Made by a program: the position numbers and the translations under genes. A stretch of DNA of 64,000 nt from Bacteroidales bacterium (lineage in GTDB: Bacteria > Bacteroidota > Bacteroidia > Bacteroidales > P3): positions 6,018 to 70,017 of the forward strand of contig JAFWYO010000137.1 in NCBI GenBank assembly GCA_017517715.1, given 5' to 3'. Shown one piece after another: positions 1 through 8,851 of this stretch. The first letter of the stretch is position 1, and each line of letters opens with the position of its first letter. A model generated the notes under the pieces. The model was not told where the DNA came from. It made no database searches and saw nothing but the letters and a program-made list of their open reading frames with translations.

Positions 1-120
1 TTTATGATAAAATTTTTGCACTGTGCGAGTATGGACACATATTTGATCTGCTAACCATCTGTCAGTGCGCCCCTGGTGTCGCAACTCCTCTCGGATTTTT
101 GTTCCAATATTTATTTTCAT
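1..120 (-). CDS. XRE-like helix-turn-helix DNA-binding protein, N-terminal part only (runs off the window start)
   Basis: Reverse-strand ATG at 118-120. My translation is MKINIGTKIREELRHQGRTDRWLADQICVHTRTVQKFYHK, which resembles an HTH_3-type N-terminus. It is absent from the ORF track because it is truncated. Confidence 0.45.
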   Translation of the reverse strand, partial: MKINIGTKIREELRHQGRTDRWLADQICVHTRTVQKFYHK

Positions 121-330
121 ATTTGTTTTGATTTTATTGTTGCTGGCAGAGCTGCACATTAATGATAGTTGATTAACTGTTTTGGTTAAAAACAGTCCTT
201 GCTTTTTAGAATAAGGATATATTTTTTTGAAAGATTGTTTTTGTGAAATGGTTTGTTATTAATGTGTTAGGTAGTAGTAGGGGAAAGTATTCATAGTGCA
301 AATTTAAATTTTAAATACAGATAAATGCTA

Positions 331-380
331 ATAGGCATACGCCCAATTTAGGCGTGTGCCTATATCGGGCGTATGCCTAT
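331..380. repeat. Perfect 14-nt inverted repeat with a related palindromic box in the loop
   Basis: ATAGGCATACGCCC (331-344) pairs with GGGCGTATGCCTAT (367-380). TAGGCGTGTGCCTA (349-362) lies between them. Confidence 0.8.
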
Positions 381-454
381 AATTCCTATACCGTTCTTGC
401 TAACGAGTCTGCCTGTCGGCATCCGAAGCAGGCTTGGCGCAGACCTTACCCAGA

Positions 455-500
455 AAACAATAAAAACCAACGGCCGTTAGGGGATAAATTCTAACGGCCG
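455..500 (-). terminator. Rho-independent terminator downstream of the outer-membrane receptor gene
   Basis: Stem AACGGCCGTTAG (469-480) / CTAACGGCCG (491-500). On the minus strand it is followed by a T-rich tract. Confidence 0.6.
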
Positions 501-515
501 CTTTGGGTTAAAGAG

Positions 516-2780
516 CTACTCGCTTCCGCTTTTGGTTTTGCTTTCCAGCTCCATCTTGCCGAATCGCAGGGTTATGCCGGCCGAGATGTAGCGGCTCTTG
601 AGGGTTCGGCTCAGGCTTTCGCGGATGTAGTAGGGGTTGGTGTTATTGCTTTCGTTGCCAATACGTTTGCCCCAGTTGAAGATGTCCTGTATGTTGACGA
701 AGGCGCTAAGCTTGCGTTTGAAGAAGTCGGCACGGATGCCGGCATTGAGCCTGTATTGCGCACTGCCGGTCGACAGCAGTCCTATCGTTGGCGAAGTGTA
801 GTTGGCCGATGCGTTCACCTGGTAGCGTCCCAGTATTTTTGCCCACAGATTCAGCTTCATACTGTATTGCCACTGGCTGTCGCTGTACGGCTCTTTCCCC
901 AAGCGGTCGTAATGGATGCTGTAGCCATAGTTATAGATATTTCCATCGAAGCGCAGGTTGAAGAATGCCGTGGGGCGCCAAGTGCCGTTGGCGGTCAGGC
1001 CGTAGCGATGCGAAGAGCCGAGATTGTATGGCGTGCTGTAGGTTATCACCCTGCCGATGTAGGGGTCGATGCCGTCGGTGACGTCCGTGAGCCATTCTAT
1101 TTCGCCGGTCGACAGTTTGGCGTACAGGTCGGCGCTTATGCTGCCATTGCTCATATATTTGCTCCAGCCCGCCTCGGCGCTGTGTATGTAACTTTGCGAA
1201 AGATTATGGTTGCCAATACGATAGCTGTCCTCGCCATAAGTGCGGAACTGCGACAGGTCGTTCGAGTTGGGGTTCTGCATACGCAATGTGTAGTTGAGTT
1301 TCAGGTTGTGCATCTTCTCAGTCTGATAGGTCAGATGGATTGAGGGGTTGTAGGTTATGTTGAGCAGTGAGGTGTCGACACCGGGAAGTGTAATCGTCTC
1401 GGTGTAAGCATACTTGTAGTAGCTTATCCTTGCTCCCATTCCAAGTTTCAGTGTGATGCCTCCCCACCGGTGCTGCCATCCGATGTCGGCAGAGACGGCT
1501 TTGTTGTCGGCGTTGAAGATGTAGCGTCGCAGCGTGTCGTACAGGGCAGGGGAGAGGACGGTGGTCTGCTCGTCATAGGCTGCATTGAGTATGTAAGGCT
1601 GAAGGTCACTGTAGCTGTTGGACTGGGAAGCAGAGAGGCCGTAGGTGAATTCGCCCCGCTCGCTGTATGGGCGGTTGTAGCGTAGCCGCATAGTGACGGA
1701 GGGCATAAACTGGTTTACGTCTTTGAATTTGTAACTATTGCTTTCCAGGCCGTCGGTGACATTATAGACGCGGCTATAGATGATTTTTTGGTCGGTCTTG
1801 TTGATGTTTCCATTGAGGCTGACGGTCAGGTTGTGACCTTTTTTGTCGAATCGTTTGGTGTAGTAGCCTCCGAAAAAACCAAACAGCGTGTTGAAATGTT
1901 GCGTCTGGTCTTGATTGTAGATGTACAATGCAGGGGAAGGAAAGAAATGCTCGCGTTGCACCCACAGAGAGGACTCGATATCGTGTGTGCTGGGGCTCAG
2001 GTTGCTCCAGAAGTTGATGTCGCTGGTGCTGTCGATGGCATAGTTGAAGCTCATAAATATGGTGCCCATATTGTTGCGGGTTCCATAGTTTGAACTGTTG
2101 GTGTTGCGTATCAGCATTTGCAGCCGTTCGAGGTCGCCCGGAGCCGCTGGGTTGTCGCCGAATGTGGTGCTTTTGCTCCACGACTCGTTGTCGTTATTGC
2201 TGTTGCGAAAACTGCCGTAGATGTTGAACGACAGCTTGTCGCTGGCCCAGGTGTAGCTGATCCACGGCGAGACGTAAGGCTGCGAAGCTGCGTTCAGGCC
2301 AAAGCTCAGGAAATGGTTTTTCTTGATGTGGGCACGTGTGATGATGTTGATTACGGCTTCGGCCTCGGTCGCGTATTTTGCCGAGGGATTCGTGATGGTT
2401 TCGATGTGGTCTATGGCGCTGGCCGGCAGCGTCTGCAGCCAGGTCTTCAGGTTCTCCTCGCTCAGTTTCGACGGTTTGTCGTCAATCCAGATTTCAATGC
2501 TGCTGACACCGCGCAGCTGCAGGTTGCCCTCCACGTCGACTGTCACGCCGGGCGTGTTCTGCAGCGCGTCCTCGGTGGTTCCGCTCTGTACCGACGGGTC
2601 GTCGGCCACATTGTATATGTTCTTTTCGCCGTCGGCGGTGTAGATGGGCCGTTTGGCGGCAATGGTCACAGCCTGAAGCGTTTTGGCCGGCTTCGCCGTT
2701 TTTGTCGTGTCGACGCTTTGGCACACAGTGGGTGCCGCCACTGCTATCAGCAGTGGTAACAAAAAGTTACGTAAATTCAT
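516..2780 (-). CDS. TonB-dependent receptor-like outer-membrane beta-barrel protein
   Basis: 754 aa with a signal peptide (MNLRNFLLPLLIAVAAPTVCQ) and a plug-like N-terminal region (NTPGVTVDVEGNLQLRG). The rest is long, Tyr/Asn/Ser-rich and beta-strand-like. It is the last gene of an ECF sigma operon. Confidence 0.8.
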   Translation of the reverse strand: MNLRNFLLPLLIAVAAPTVCQSVDTTKTAKPAKTLQAVTIAAKRPIYTADGEKNIYNVADDPSVQSGTTEDALQNTPGVTVDVEGNLQLRGVSSIEIWIDDKPSKLSEENLKTWLQTLPASAIDHIETITNPSAKYATEAEAVINIITRAHIKKNHFLSFGLNAASQPYVSPWISYTWASDKLSFNIYGSFRNSNNDNESWSKSTTFGDNPAAPGDLERLQMLIRNTNSSNYGTRNNMGTIFMSFNYAIDSTSDINFWSNLSPSTHDIESSLWVQREHFFPSPALYIYNQDQTQHFNTLFGFFGGYYTKRFDKKGHNLTVSLNGNINKTDQKIIYSRVYNVTDGLESNSYKFKDVNQFMPSVTMRLRYNRPYSERGEFTYGLSASQSNSYSDLQPYILNAAYDEQTTVLSPALYDTLRRYIFNADNKAVSADIGWQHRWGGITLKLGMGARISYYKYAYTETITLPGVDTSLLNITYNPSIHLTYQTEKMHNLKLNYTLRMQNPNSNDLSQFRTYGEDSYRIGNHNLSQSYIHSAEAGWSKYMSNGSISADLYAKLSTGEIEWLTDVTDGIDPYIGRVITYSTPYNLGSSHRYGLTANGTWRPTAFFNLRFDGNIYNYGYSIHYDRLGKEPYSDSQWQYSMKLNLWAKILGRYQVNASANYTSPTIGLLSTGSAQYRLNAGIRADFFKRKLSAFVNIQDIFNWGKRIGNESNNTNPYYIRESLSRTLKSRYISAGITLRFGKMELESKTKSGSE

Positions 2781-2785
2781 CGGTA

Positions 2786-3235
2786 TTATTCTTTTGTGAT
2801 TTCTCTTATCAATACGTGAGCCAATACTTTCTCCATATCTTTGTCGTTCCTGATTTGGAATACCATTGCCGAAAGGTTATAAGGCGAAAAGAATGTCAGG
2901 TATCGCCCCTTGTCGCTCGGCAATGCGGAGGAGAAGCGTATGATAAAGTATTTTTTGTTGTCGAGGTCAATGTTTTTTGTAGAGTGTTGCCCTATTGATG
3001 AAGGCTGTTTCTGCTTTGGCAGCGAAAACAGGTATTTAACTATTGTGTTGTAGGCATCGCTGTCGGCGGCCATCAGGAAGGTAACGTTAATGCTGTCGTC
3101 GTTGCCAAGTGGGTAGTTGTCAACACAATAGGTCTGTATGTTCTTTTGTGGGAGGAACTGCAGGCAGAGGGCCGACTGGCTGTGCGCCGCCGCTATGCTT
3201 AACAAGGTGACCAGTATGATGAGTGTTTTTTTCAT
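2786..3235 (-). CDS. Hypothetical secreted protein
   Basis: I chose the internal ATG at 3235 because it gives a signal peptide, MKKTLIILVTLLSIAAAHSQ. The start overlaps the stop of the upstream gene by 4 nt. Confidence 0.6.
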   Translation of the reverse strand: MKKTLIILVTLLSIAAAHSQSALCLQFLPQKNIQTYCVDNYPLGNDDSINVTFLMAADSDAYNTIVKYLFSLPKQKQPSSIGQHSTKNIDLDNKKYFIIRFSSALPSDKGRYLTFFSPYNLSAMVFQIRNDKDMEKVLAHVLIREITKE

Positions 3236-3516
3236 TCTTCTGATTCTATGGGTGTTATGCTTATTTCGTTGATGTTTTGCCTGATGATGTCCATAGCGTT
3301 CTCTTTCTGGCAGTTGTTGTTGCAATAGACGTGCAGGCCCGTCACGGGCTTTGGTTCTGCATTGCTATGCTGCGGAATCAGCACCATCAGGGCTATTGCC
3401 GCTGCAGCGGGTATGGTTATCCACCAGGGGCGAAAGTTGATATGCCTGGTGCACTCTGCCTGACGCTCGGCGGCATTGGCCTGGTGCAGTTGTTCTATAA
3501 GGATGTCGGTATTCAT
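3232..3516 (-). CDS. Putative minimal single-pass anti-sigma factor
   Basis: 94 aa with one hydrophobic helix (WWITIPAAAAIALMVLIP). It overlaps the stop of the ECF sigma gene by 4 nt. The call rests on position only. Confidence 0.5.
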   Translation of the reverse strand: MNTDILIEQLHQANAAERQAECTRHINFRPWWITIPAAAAIALMVLIPQHSNAEPKPVTGLHVYCNNNCQKENAMDIIRQNINEISITPIESEE

Positions 3517-4001
3517 AATTGCTCCTTTCTGTTCATTTCATTCAGTTTTTGCTTTATGCGCGAAATGCGTGTAGTGACGTTGCTTTCAGATGATTGCAGC
3601 ATCTGCGCCATCTCTTTTCCGTTCCACCCGTCGATGTACAATTGTATCAGTCTTTGGTCCGCCGCCGGCAGCCGGCGTATGAGCGAGTATAGTTGTTCGA
3701 CGGCTTCGTTGTTGTCTGTGGAATACGGTATATCTGAGGTCTCCAGCGGTTGTATTTCGACTTGTCGTTCTCTGTTTCGTTTCCACGTGATGGCGGTGTT
3801 TTTTGCCACCCTGTATATCCACGTAATGGGTTTATGGCTTGGTTTCCAGTGCTTCCATCCTCTCCACAAATTGAGCAGAATATCCTGACGCAGATCCTCG
3901 CGGTCCTCTCGGCTGTCGCCACAGAACGAGCGGCATATCTTTTCGATAAGTGCCGTATGCCGTGTGATGGTTTCGAGAAATGGATGTTCGTTTGTCTGCA
4001 T
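3513..4001 (-). CDS. ECF-type RNA polymerase sigma-70 family factor
   Basis: Region 2 reads DLRQDILLNLWRGWKHW and region 4 reads MAQMLQSSESNVTTRISRIKQKL. I preferred the ATG at 4001 over the upstream GTG at 4043. Confidence 0.8.
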   Translation of the reverse strand: MQTNEHPFLETITRHTALIEKICRSFCGDSREDREDLRQDILLNLWRGWKHWKPSHKPITWIYRVAKNTAITWKRNRERQVEIQPLETSDIPYSTDNNEAVEQLYSLIRRLPAADQRLIQLYIDGWNGKEMAQMLQSSESNVTTRISRIKQKLNEMNRKEQL

Positions 4002-4073
4002 ATTTTGCGGAAAGCTTTTGACTATATTAAACGCAAAAATCACAAAAAAATCACACGCATCCGAAAATTCTTG

Positions 4074-4081
4074 TACTTTTG
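4074..4081 (+). promoter_or_regulatory. Bacteroidota -7 promoter box (TAnnTTTG) upstream of aroB
   Basis: TACTTTTG lies 56 nt upstream of the aroB ATG. Confidence 0.45.
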
Positions 4082-4136
4082 TATTTCTTCGTTATTGTTT
4101 CGAATAGGTGTATATGTTTAATAATAAGGTCTCTAT

Positions 4137-5207
4137 ATGAAATCAAATATTTTGTATTCCTCTCGCATTTCGTCTCTGGCAAAGTTGAACCGGCTTTTAA
4201 TGTCCGAAACATACAGCGATGCCAAATTCTTCATTCTTGTCGATGAAAATACATACAATCAATGTCTTCCGTTGTTAATCAGCAAAGTTTCTGCATTGGA
4301 GAATGCCGATTTTTTTGAGGTCCCCGTAGGCGAGGAGGCCAAGTCGCTCGAAGTGGCGGCCCAGCTGTGGGGTGCCTTGCTCGACAGCGGTGCCGATCGT
4401 AACAGCGTGATTCTGAACCTCGGCGGAGGCTGTGTCAGCGATATCGGCGGCTTCGTCGCCGCAGGCTTCAAGCGCGGCATCCGTTATATCAACATCCCGA
4501 CCACTCTTGTTGGTATGATCGATGCCTCCATCGGTGGTAAAACGGCTGTCAATGTGGAGAATGCAAAGAATCAGGTCGGCTTTTTCCATCAGCCCGATGC
4601 GGTGTGCATATATCCGGATTTTCTAGACACTTTGCCCGATTTGGAATTGGTTTCTGGCGCTCTTGAAATGGCTAAAACATTGTTGTTGAGCGACGAGAAG
4701 GCTTTCGTCAACCTCGCCAATTCATTTGTCGGATGTGCGAAATATCCGCTTGATGAAATCAAGAAATATATTGTGCAATGTGTCGATTTCAAGCAGAGTG
4801 TTGTTAGCGCCGACCCTTACGACAAGTCAATCCGCAAGATGCTGAACCTGGGACACACCTTCGGTCACGCCATCGAGAGCTATATGCTGGAACAGAATCG
4901 CGCCATAACCCACGGCATCGCCGTTGGAATCGGCTTGGAATGTGCACTTTACCTTTCCACAATGAAGCTTGGTTTTAGCAAAGACATATATACTCTTTTC
5001 AAGCAGATGCTTCATCACATTGTTGATTTCGAACGCTTCACGCTCGCCGATACCGAACATATCCTGTCGTATATGCGTCAGGACAAGAAAAATCACGATG
5101 GACTGATTCTATGTGTTTTGCTGCAGGAGGTGGGCGCTCCTGTCATCGATGTCGCCATCGACGAGAACGAAATCCGCGACGCGCTGCTAAAATTCGGCAA
5201 GTTCTAA
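4137..5207 (+). CDS. aroB: 3-dehydroquinate synthase
   Basis: Carries the DHQS hallmark NLGGGCVSDIGGFVAAGFKRGIRYINIPTTLVGMIDASIGGKTAVN. Length is 356 aa. Confidence 0.9.
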   Translation: MKSNILYSSRISSLAKLNRLLMSETYSDAKFFILVDENTYNQCLPLLISKVSALENADFFEVPVGEEAKSLEVAAQLWGALLDSGADRNSVILNLGGGCVSDIGGFVAAGFKRGIRYINIPTTLVGMIDASIGGKTAVNVENAKNQVGFFHQPDAVCIYPDFLDTLPDLELVSGALEMAKTLLLSDEKAFVNLANSFVGCAKYPLDEIKKYIVQCVDFKQSVVSADPYDKSIRKMLNLGHTFGHAIESYMLEQNRAITHGIAVGIGLECALYLSTMKLGFSKDIYTLFKQMLHHIVDFERFTLADTEHILSYMRQDKKNHDGLILCVLLQEVGAPVIDVAIDENEIRDALLKFGKF

Positions 5208-5861
5208 CTGCGTTGCCACTTTACCGCTGCAGTAGCGCGCGTATGGGCATTCGTAGGGTGTTGAGCATTGCTCGCCTCGCTCCACGCTGGGCTCCATACC
5301 CTGCAGAACCTCTTTGAAGTGCTCTACTTGTTTTGCTATCAACGCTTTGGCTTCTCGAGCGGTGGGCAACAGTTCCTCGTATAGCGGTTCGTCGTTGCCG
5401 TCGTTGTAAACTATTTGGAATGAGGTCAGTCGGTCGATGCAGTTGCTCATAACATAGTGCTGTATGCTGACATCGCGACGGAAGACATCCTTGACCGACA
5501 GCGAATTCTTTATTTCATAAATAGCTACGTTCCCGTCGGCATCCTTATGGACAACGTCGGCCAGCACTAGCACCTCATTGTACACAAAACCAGCCTCGTA
5601 GAGGTTCACCTCGCCAGGTTGCGCAAGCATCGTGGCGGTCAGTTCGGGGTACTTTTCTATACGGTGCCCCAGTCGTTGGCTGAGGTCTATTGCATTTGGA
5701 AACAGCGATTTGACCTTTGCCTCGAAGTCGCGGCCGCGGCGGAAGCGCGCCAGCGTCTCTGGCGGATAGTATGCCAGCTGTGGCTTGTAGACATCCAGAT
5801 AGAGGGCCTTCTCGCATTGCAGACCCCGGATGAATTTGCTCTTTGTCAGTCGGTAAATCAT
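5187..5861 (-). CDS. PD-(D/E)XK nuclease-like protein with Cys cluster (DUF2779/Cas4-like)
   Basis: Has a D...EIK motif (LADVVHKDADGNVAIYEIKNS), an N-terminal Cys (LQCEKALYL) and a C-terminal CX5CX5C (CSTPYECPYARYC). Confidence 0.55.
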   Translation of the reverse strand: MIYRLTKSKFIRGLQCEKALYLDVYKPQLAYYPPETLARFRRGRDFEAKVKSLFPNAIDLSQRLGHRIEKYPELTATMLAQPGEVNLYEAGFVYNEVLVLADVVHKDADGNVAIYEIKNSLSVKDVFRRDVSIQHYVMSNCIDRLTSFQIVYNDGNDEPLYEELLPTAREAKALIAKQVEHFKEVLQGMEPSVERGEQCSTPYECPYARYCSGKVATQLELAEF

Positions 5862-7117
5862 TTGGAATCAACTAATAGCTGCGTTGTAGTTCGCGAACGC
5901 TGCTGCAGCAGTATCGTTCGCCCATCGACAATCTCGTCGATTATCTGCTGGTTGTAGTAGCGTATCGTAATCAGCTGCAAGCCTGTGTTGTATACAAGCC
6001 GGAACTGCGATTCGAGCCGTTCGCGTATTTTGTCGAGCAGTATCTCGTTATAGTCGAGGCAGAGCGAGAAACTCAGGGCCGAATTCTGCATCAGGTTGAC
6101 GCGTATGTTCAGCTCGGCCAGCACGGCGAAGATGGTTTGCAGGTTCTCTTCGGCGATGAAGGAGAAGTCCTTGGGTTGTATAGAAATGAGTATCTGGTTG
6201 TTTTTGAAGATGTAAAGTGGCGTCAGCGGCTCTATCGAATCGAATGGGCCGATGACCGACCCGTCGGCCGACGGGTCGAGGAAAGACTTTATATTCAGCT
6301 GGATACCCTTGTTTTGGATAGGTTTGACGGTCTTGGGGTGGATTACCGAGGCGCCGTAGTAGGCAAGCTCGATGGCCTCGTTGAAAGGTATCTTGTTTAT
6401 TTTTATGGTATTGGCGAAAAACTTGGGGTCGGCGTTGAGGAATCCCGGCACATCTTTCCAGATGGTCATATTGTCGGCGTCGAGGCAGTAGGAGAGGATC
6501 GAGGCCGAGTAGTCGCTGCCCTCGCGCCCCAGCGTGGTGGTTGTCCCGGCGGCTGTCCCGGCGATGAAACCTTGAGTGATAACGAGTTGAGAGTTGAGAG
6601 TTGAAAGTTGAGAGTTAGCCTGGCGGCGGGTGGTGTCGAAGTCGACGATGCCTTCGCGGTAGTTCTCGTTGGTGCGGATCACGTCGCGCACATCGACCCA
6701 TACATTGCTGATTCCAACGCTGTTAAGGTAGCCCGAGATGAGCGTGGTTGAAATCAGCTCGCCGAACGAAACCGTCTGGTCGTAGTCAAAGTTGTAGTTG
6801 GTTGCCTTACGGGCCGACACCTCGTCGAGCTGGCCGAACAGCTCGCGCAGCCGTCCAAATGTCGGGTCGCCCTTGTCGGCAAACAGGCTGTCGGCAATCG
6901 TCAGGTGATAGTCCGTGTTTTGCTGCAGCAGCTTTCGCCGATCGTTGTCCGACGCAGGCACGCCGGGCACCACCTTTTCCAGCAGGTTGGTCGTCTTGCC
7001 CATTGCCGAAATGACCACAACCAGCGGCGTTTCAAGATATTGCCGAACAATTTCCGCCACGTTTCGAATGGCCTCTGCGCTGTTGACGGATGCCCCGCCG
7101 AATTTGAAGACTTTCAT
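5858..7117 (-). CDS. lysC: Aspartate kinase
   Basis: N-terminus is MKVFKFGGASV, with TTTLGREGSDYSA further in and ACT-like C-terminal repeats. Length is 419 aa. Confidence 0.9.
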   Translation of the reverse strand: MKVFKFGGASVNSAEAIRNVAEIVRQYLETPLVVVISAMGKTTNLLEKVVPGVPASDNDRRKLLQQNTDYHLTIADSLFADKGDPTFGRLRELFGQLDEVSARKATNYNFDYDQTVSFGELISTTLISGYLNSVGISNVWVDVRDVIRTNENYREGIVDFDTTRRQANSQLSTLNSQLVITQGFIAGTAAGTTTTLGREGSDYSASILSYCLDADNMTIWKDVPGFLNADPKFFANTIKINKIPFNEAIELAYYGASVIHPKTVKPIQNKGIQLNIKSFLDPSADGSVIGPFDSIEPLTPLYIFKNNQILISIQPKDFSFIAEENLQTIFAVLAELNIRVNLMQNSALSFSLCLDYNEILLDKIRERLESQFRLVYNTGLQLITIRYYNQQIIDEIVDGRTILLQQRSRTTTQLLVDSK

Positions 7118-7137
7118 AGATTGACTTTGATAAAGAT

Positions 7138-7260
7138 GGGAGTTTAGGGGAATTAAGAGAGTTAGAGGAAGTTAAGGGGAGTTAGAGGGAAGTTAAGGGA
7201 CAAATGTACCTGCTGGACACTATCGTCCATTAACTTCCCTTTAACTTCCCTTTAACTTCC
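7138..7260. repeat. Imperfect hairpin built from 10-11 nt tandem units (GGGAAGTTAAG / TTAACTTCCCT); likely smpB terminator
   Basis: The left arm (7138-7200) is purine-rich tandem units. The right arm (7230-7260) carries three TTAACTTCCC(T) units complementary to the left arm. Confidence 0.7.
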
Positions 7261-7298
7261 AACATCCCATAATATATAATTGATTAAAAATCTGTTTC

Positions 7299-7751
7299 TC
7301 AGCTCAGCTGGCGTTCCATATCGCGGCGGGTATCTTTCTCCTTGATGGTTTCGCGCTTGTCGAAGAATTTCTTGCCTCGCGCCAGCGAGATGTTCAGCTT
7401 GGCGTAGCCTTCGGGGTTGATAAACAGCAGAGTAGGGACGATAGTGAAGCCGCGCTCCTTGATTTTGTTTTGCAGCTTGCGCAGCTCCTTGCGGTTCAGC
7501 AGCAGCTTGCGGTCGCGCTTGGCGGCGTGGTTCAGCCAGCTGCCGAAACGGTACTCGGCTATGTGCATCTGCTTCACGTACAGTTCGTTGCCGATAAAGG
7601 CGCAATAGGCGTCAGTCAGGTTGGCGCGCCCCTCGCGGATGCTCTTTATCTCCGTGCCCGTCAGCACCAGTCCCGCCGTGTACGAATCCATCAGAAAGTA
7701 CTGGTACTCAGCCTTCTTGTTCTTTATTTCGATAATATTCTTTGCTTCCAT
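7299..7751 (-). CDS. smpB: SsrA-binding protein
   Basis: 150 aa. [31 protein letters not shown] is typical of SmpB. Confidence 0.9.
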   Translation of the reverse strand: MEAKNIIEIKNKKAEYQYFLMDSYTAGLVLTGTEIKSIREGRANLTDAYCAFIGNELYVKQMHIAEYRFGSWLNHAAKRDRKLLLNRKELRKLQNKIKERGFTIVPTLLFINPEGYAKLNISLARGKKFFDKRETIKEKDTRRDMERQLS

Positions 7752-7822
7752 ACAACTACAATTACGTCAAAACCGCAAAAATGTTGTATGTGACCGTATT
7801 ATTTTGTGCCACTTTCTGGTTG

Positions 7823-8149
7823 TCAGCTCTTTTTGCTCTTCCGTGGCTTCGGTTCCGGCAGGGCCTGGACGGTGGCGCGCACCAGGGCGGCAAGATAGTC
7901 GCGGTCGTCGACATCCTCTATGTAGAAGCAGGGCTTGGCACCCTCGTAGGGCGGCCGCATATCCTCGCTTCGCAGCAGGGCGCGGCCCGCATCGGTGGGT
8001 TTCACATAAAAACCGTTGTCGCTCACCAGGCCGAAAGGCTTTCCGGCGCAATAGAGCGTGTAGTCGCCAAACATTTTGCGTGCCGTTACCTCGCCTGCGC
8101 CGCCGCACTGGTCGACTATATACTGCACAAAATCAGGATTGCTTGCCAT
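7823..8149 (-). CDS. TfoX/Sxy N-terminal domain protein
   Basis: 108 aa. KMFGDYTLYCAGKPFGLVSDNGFYVK matches the TfoX_N pattern. Confidence 0.7.
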   Translation of the reverse strand: MASNPDFVQYIVDQCGGAGEVTARKMFGDYTLYCAGKPFGLVSDNGFYVKPTDAGRALLRSEDMRPPYEGAKPCFYIEDVDDRDYLAALVRATVQALPEPKPRKSKKS

Positions 8150-8169
8150 AGGAATATTTTTTTATAAAG

Positions 8170-8337
8170 TTACAGTAGGTTTTCTATGTTGCCATTGAAA
8201 AATGATTCAAGGGGCATCGAATCGCCTCCGACCACTAGCGAGTGGCGCGGTTTGAAGCGTTCGCGGAATATCGCCAATCCGCTGTTCATCTGTATTTTGC
8301 CGCTTTTGACTTCGATAGCCACAACGTCATATTTGCA
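8170..8337 (-). pseudogene. C-terminal remnant of a DUF4143-type AAA ATPase gene
   Basis: My minus-strand translation is CKYDVVAIEVKSGKIQMNSGLAIFRERFKPRHSLVVGGDSMPLESFFNGNIENLL, followed by a stop. It resembles the conserved tail of that family. A stop lies directly upstream and there is no N-terminal part. Confidence 0.45.
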
Positions 8338-8362
8338 TTATTTTCGACTGCAAAAATACATA

Positions 8363-8440
8363 AAATCTTCAATTCTCAAAAGAAAAATCTTCAAAAGTCT
8401 GAAAAAAAATCTTCAAATCTTGTCTTAAAAATCTTCAAAT
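8363..8440. repeat. 22-bp tandem repeat, 4 copies (core AAATCTTCAA)
   Basis: The core recurs at 8363, 8385, 8407 and 8429, an exact 22-nt period. Confidence 0.8.
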
Positions 8441-8641
8441 AGGTACGCGGGAGTCTTGCTTGCGAAATAGAATAGAATCGCAGGCGGAGGTGCCTGTTTT
8501 TTTCGCAGGCGGGGCGCCTGCATACCAAATCCGAGCCGGAGTTTTCTGGTAAAACGCATCTGTAAATTGTTGATAACTTGCCTCCGAAAGGGCCTAAAAA
8601 AGGGCCAAAAACGGCCTTTTGCAACTGCCTGTTTTCCAGAT

Positions 8642-8712
8642 ACCATCTTCTTACCAAATTCTACCCAAGTTCTTACCAAATTCTTACCAAATTTTACTTC
8701 AGTAGAAGATGG
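8642..8712. repeat. Hairpin-bounded repeat (CCATCTTCT ... AGAAGATGG) enclosing TCTTACCAAATT units; a related copy lies at 39427-39510
   Basis: The 9-nt inverted termini are at 8643-8651 and 8704-8712. The internal unit occurs three times. The segment shares the strings CCATCTTCTTA and TACTTCAGTAG with the 39.4-kb locus. Confidence 0.65.
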
Positions 8713-8851
8713 TCAGAATTTGTTAATAACTTTTTCAGAACAGGGTTCGGAGCGGCTCTTTTGGAGGCGGAGTTTTCTGTGGCAGGGGCATTGTGGATCG
8801 GAGGCTCGGTCGTCGGCGATATGGATTACAAGGGTTGCGGATTTGGACGCT

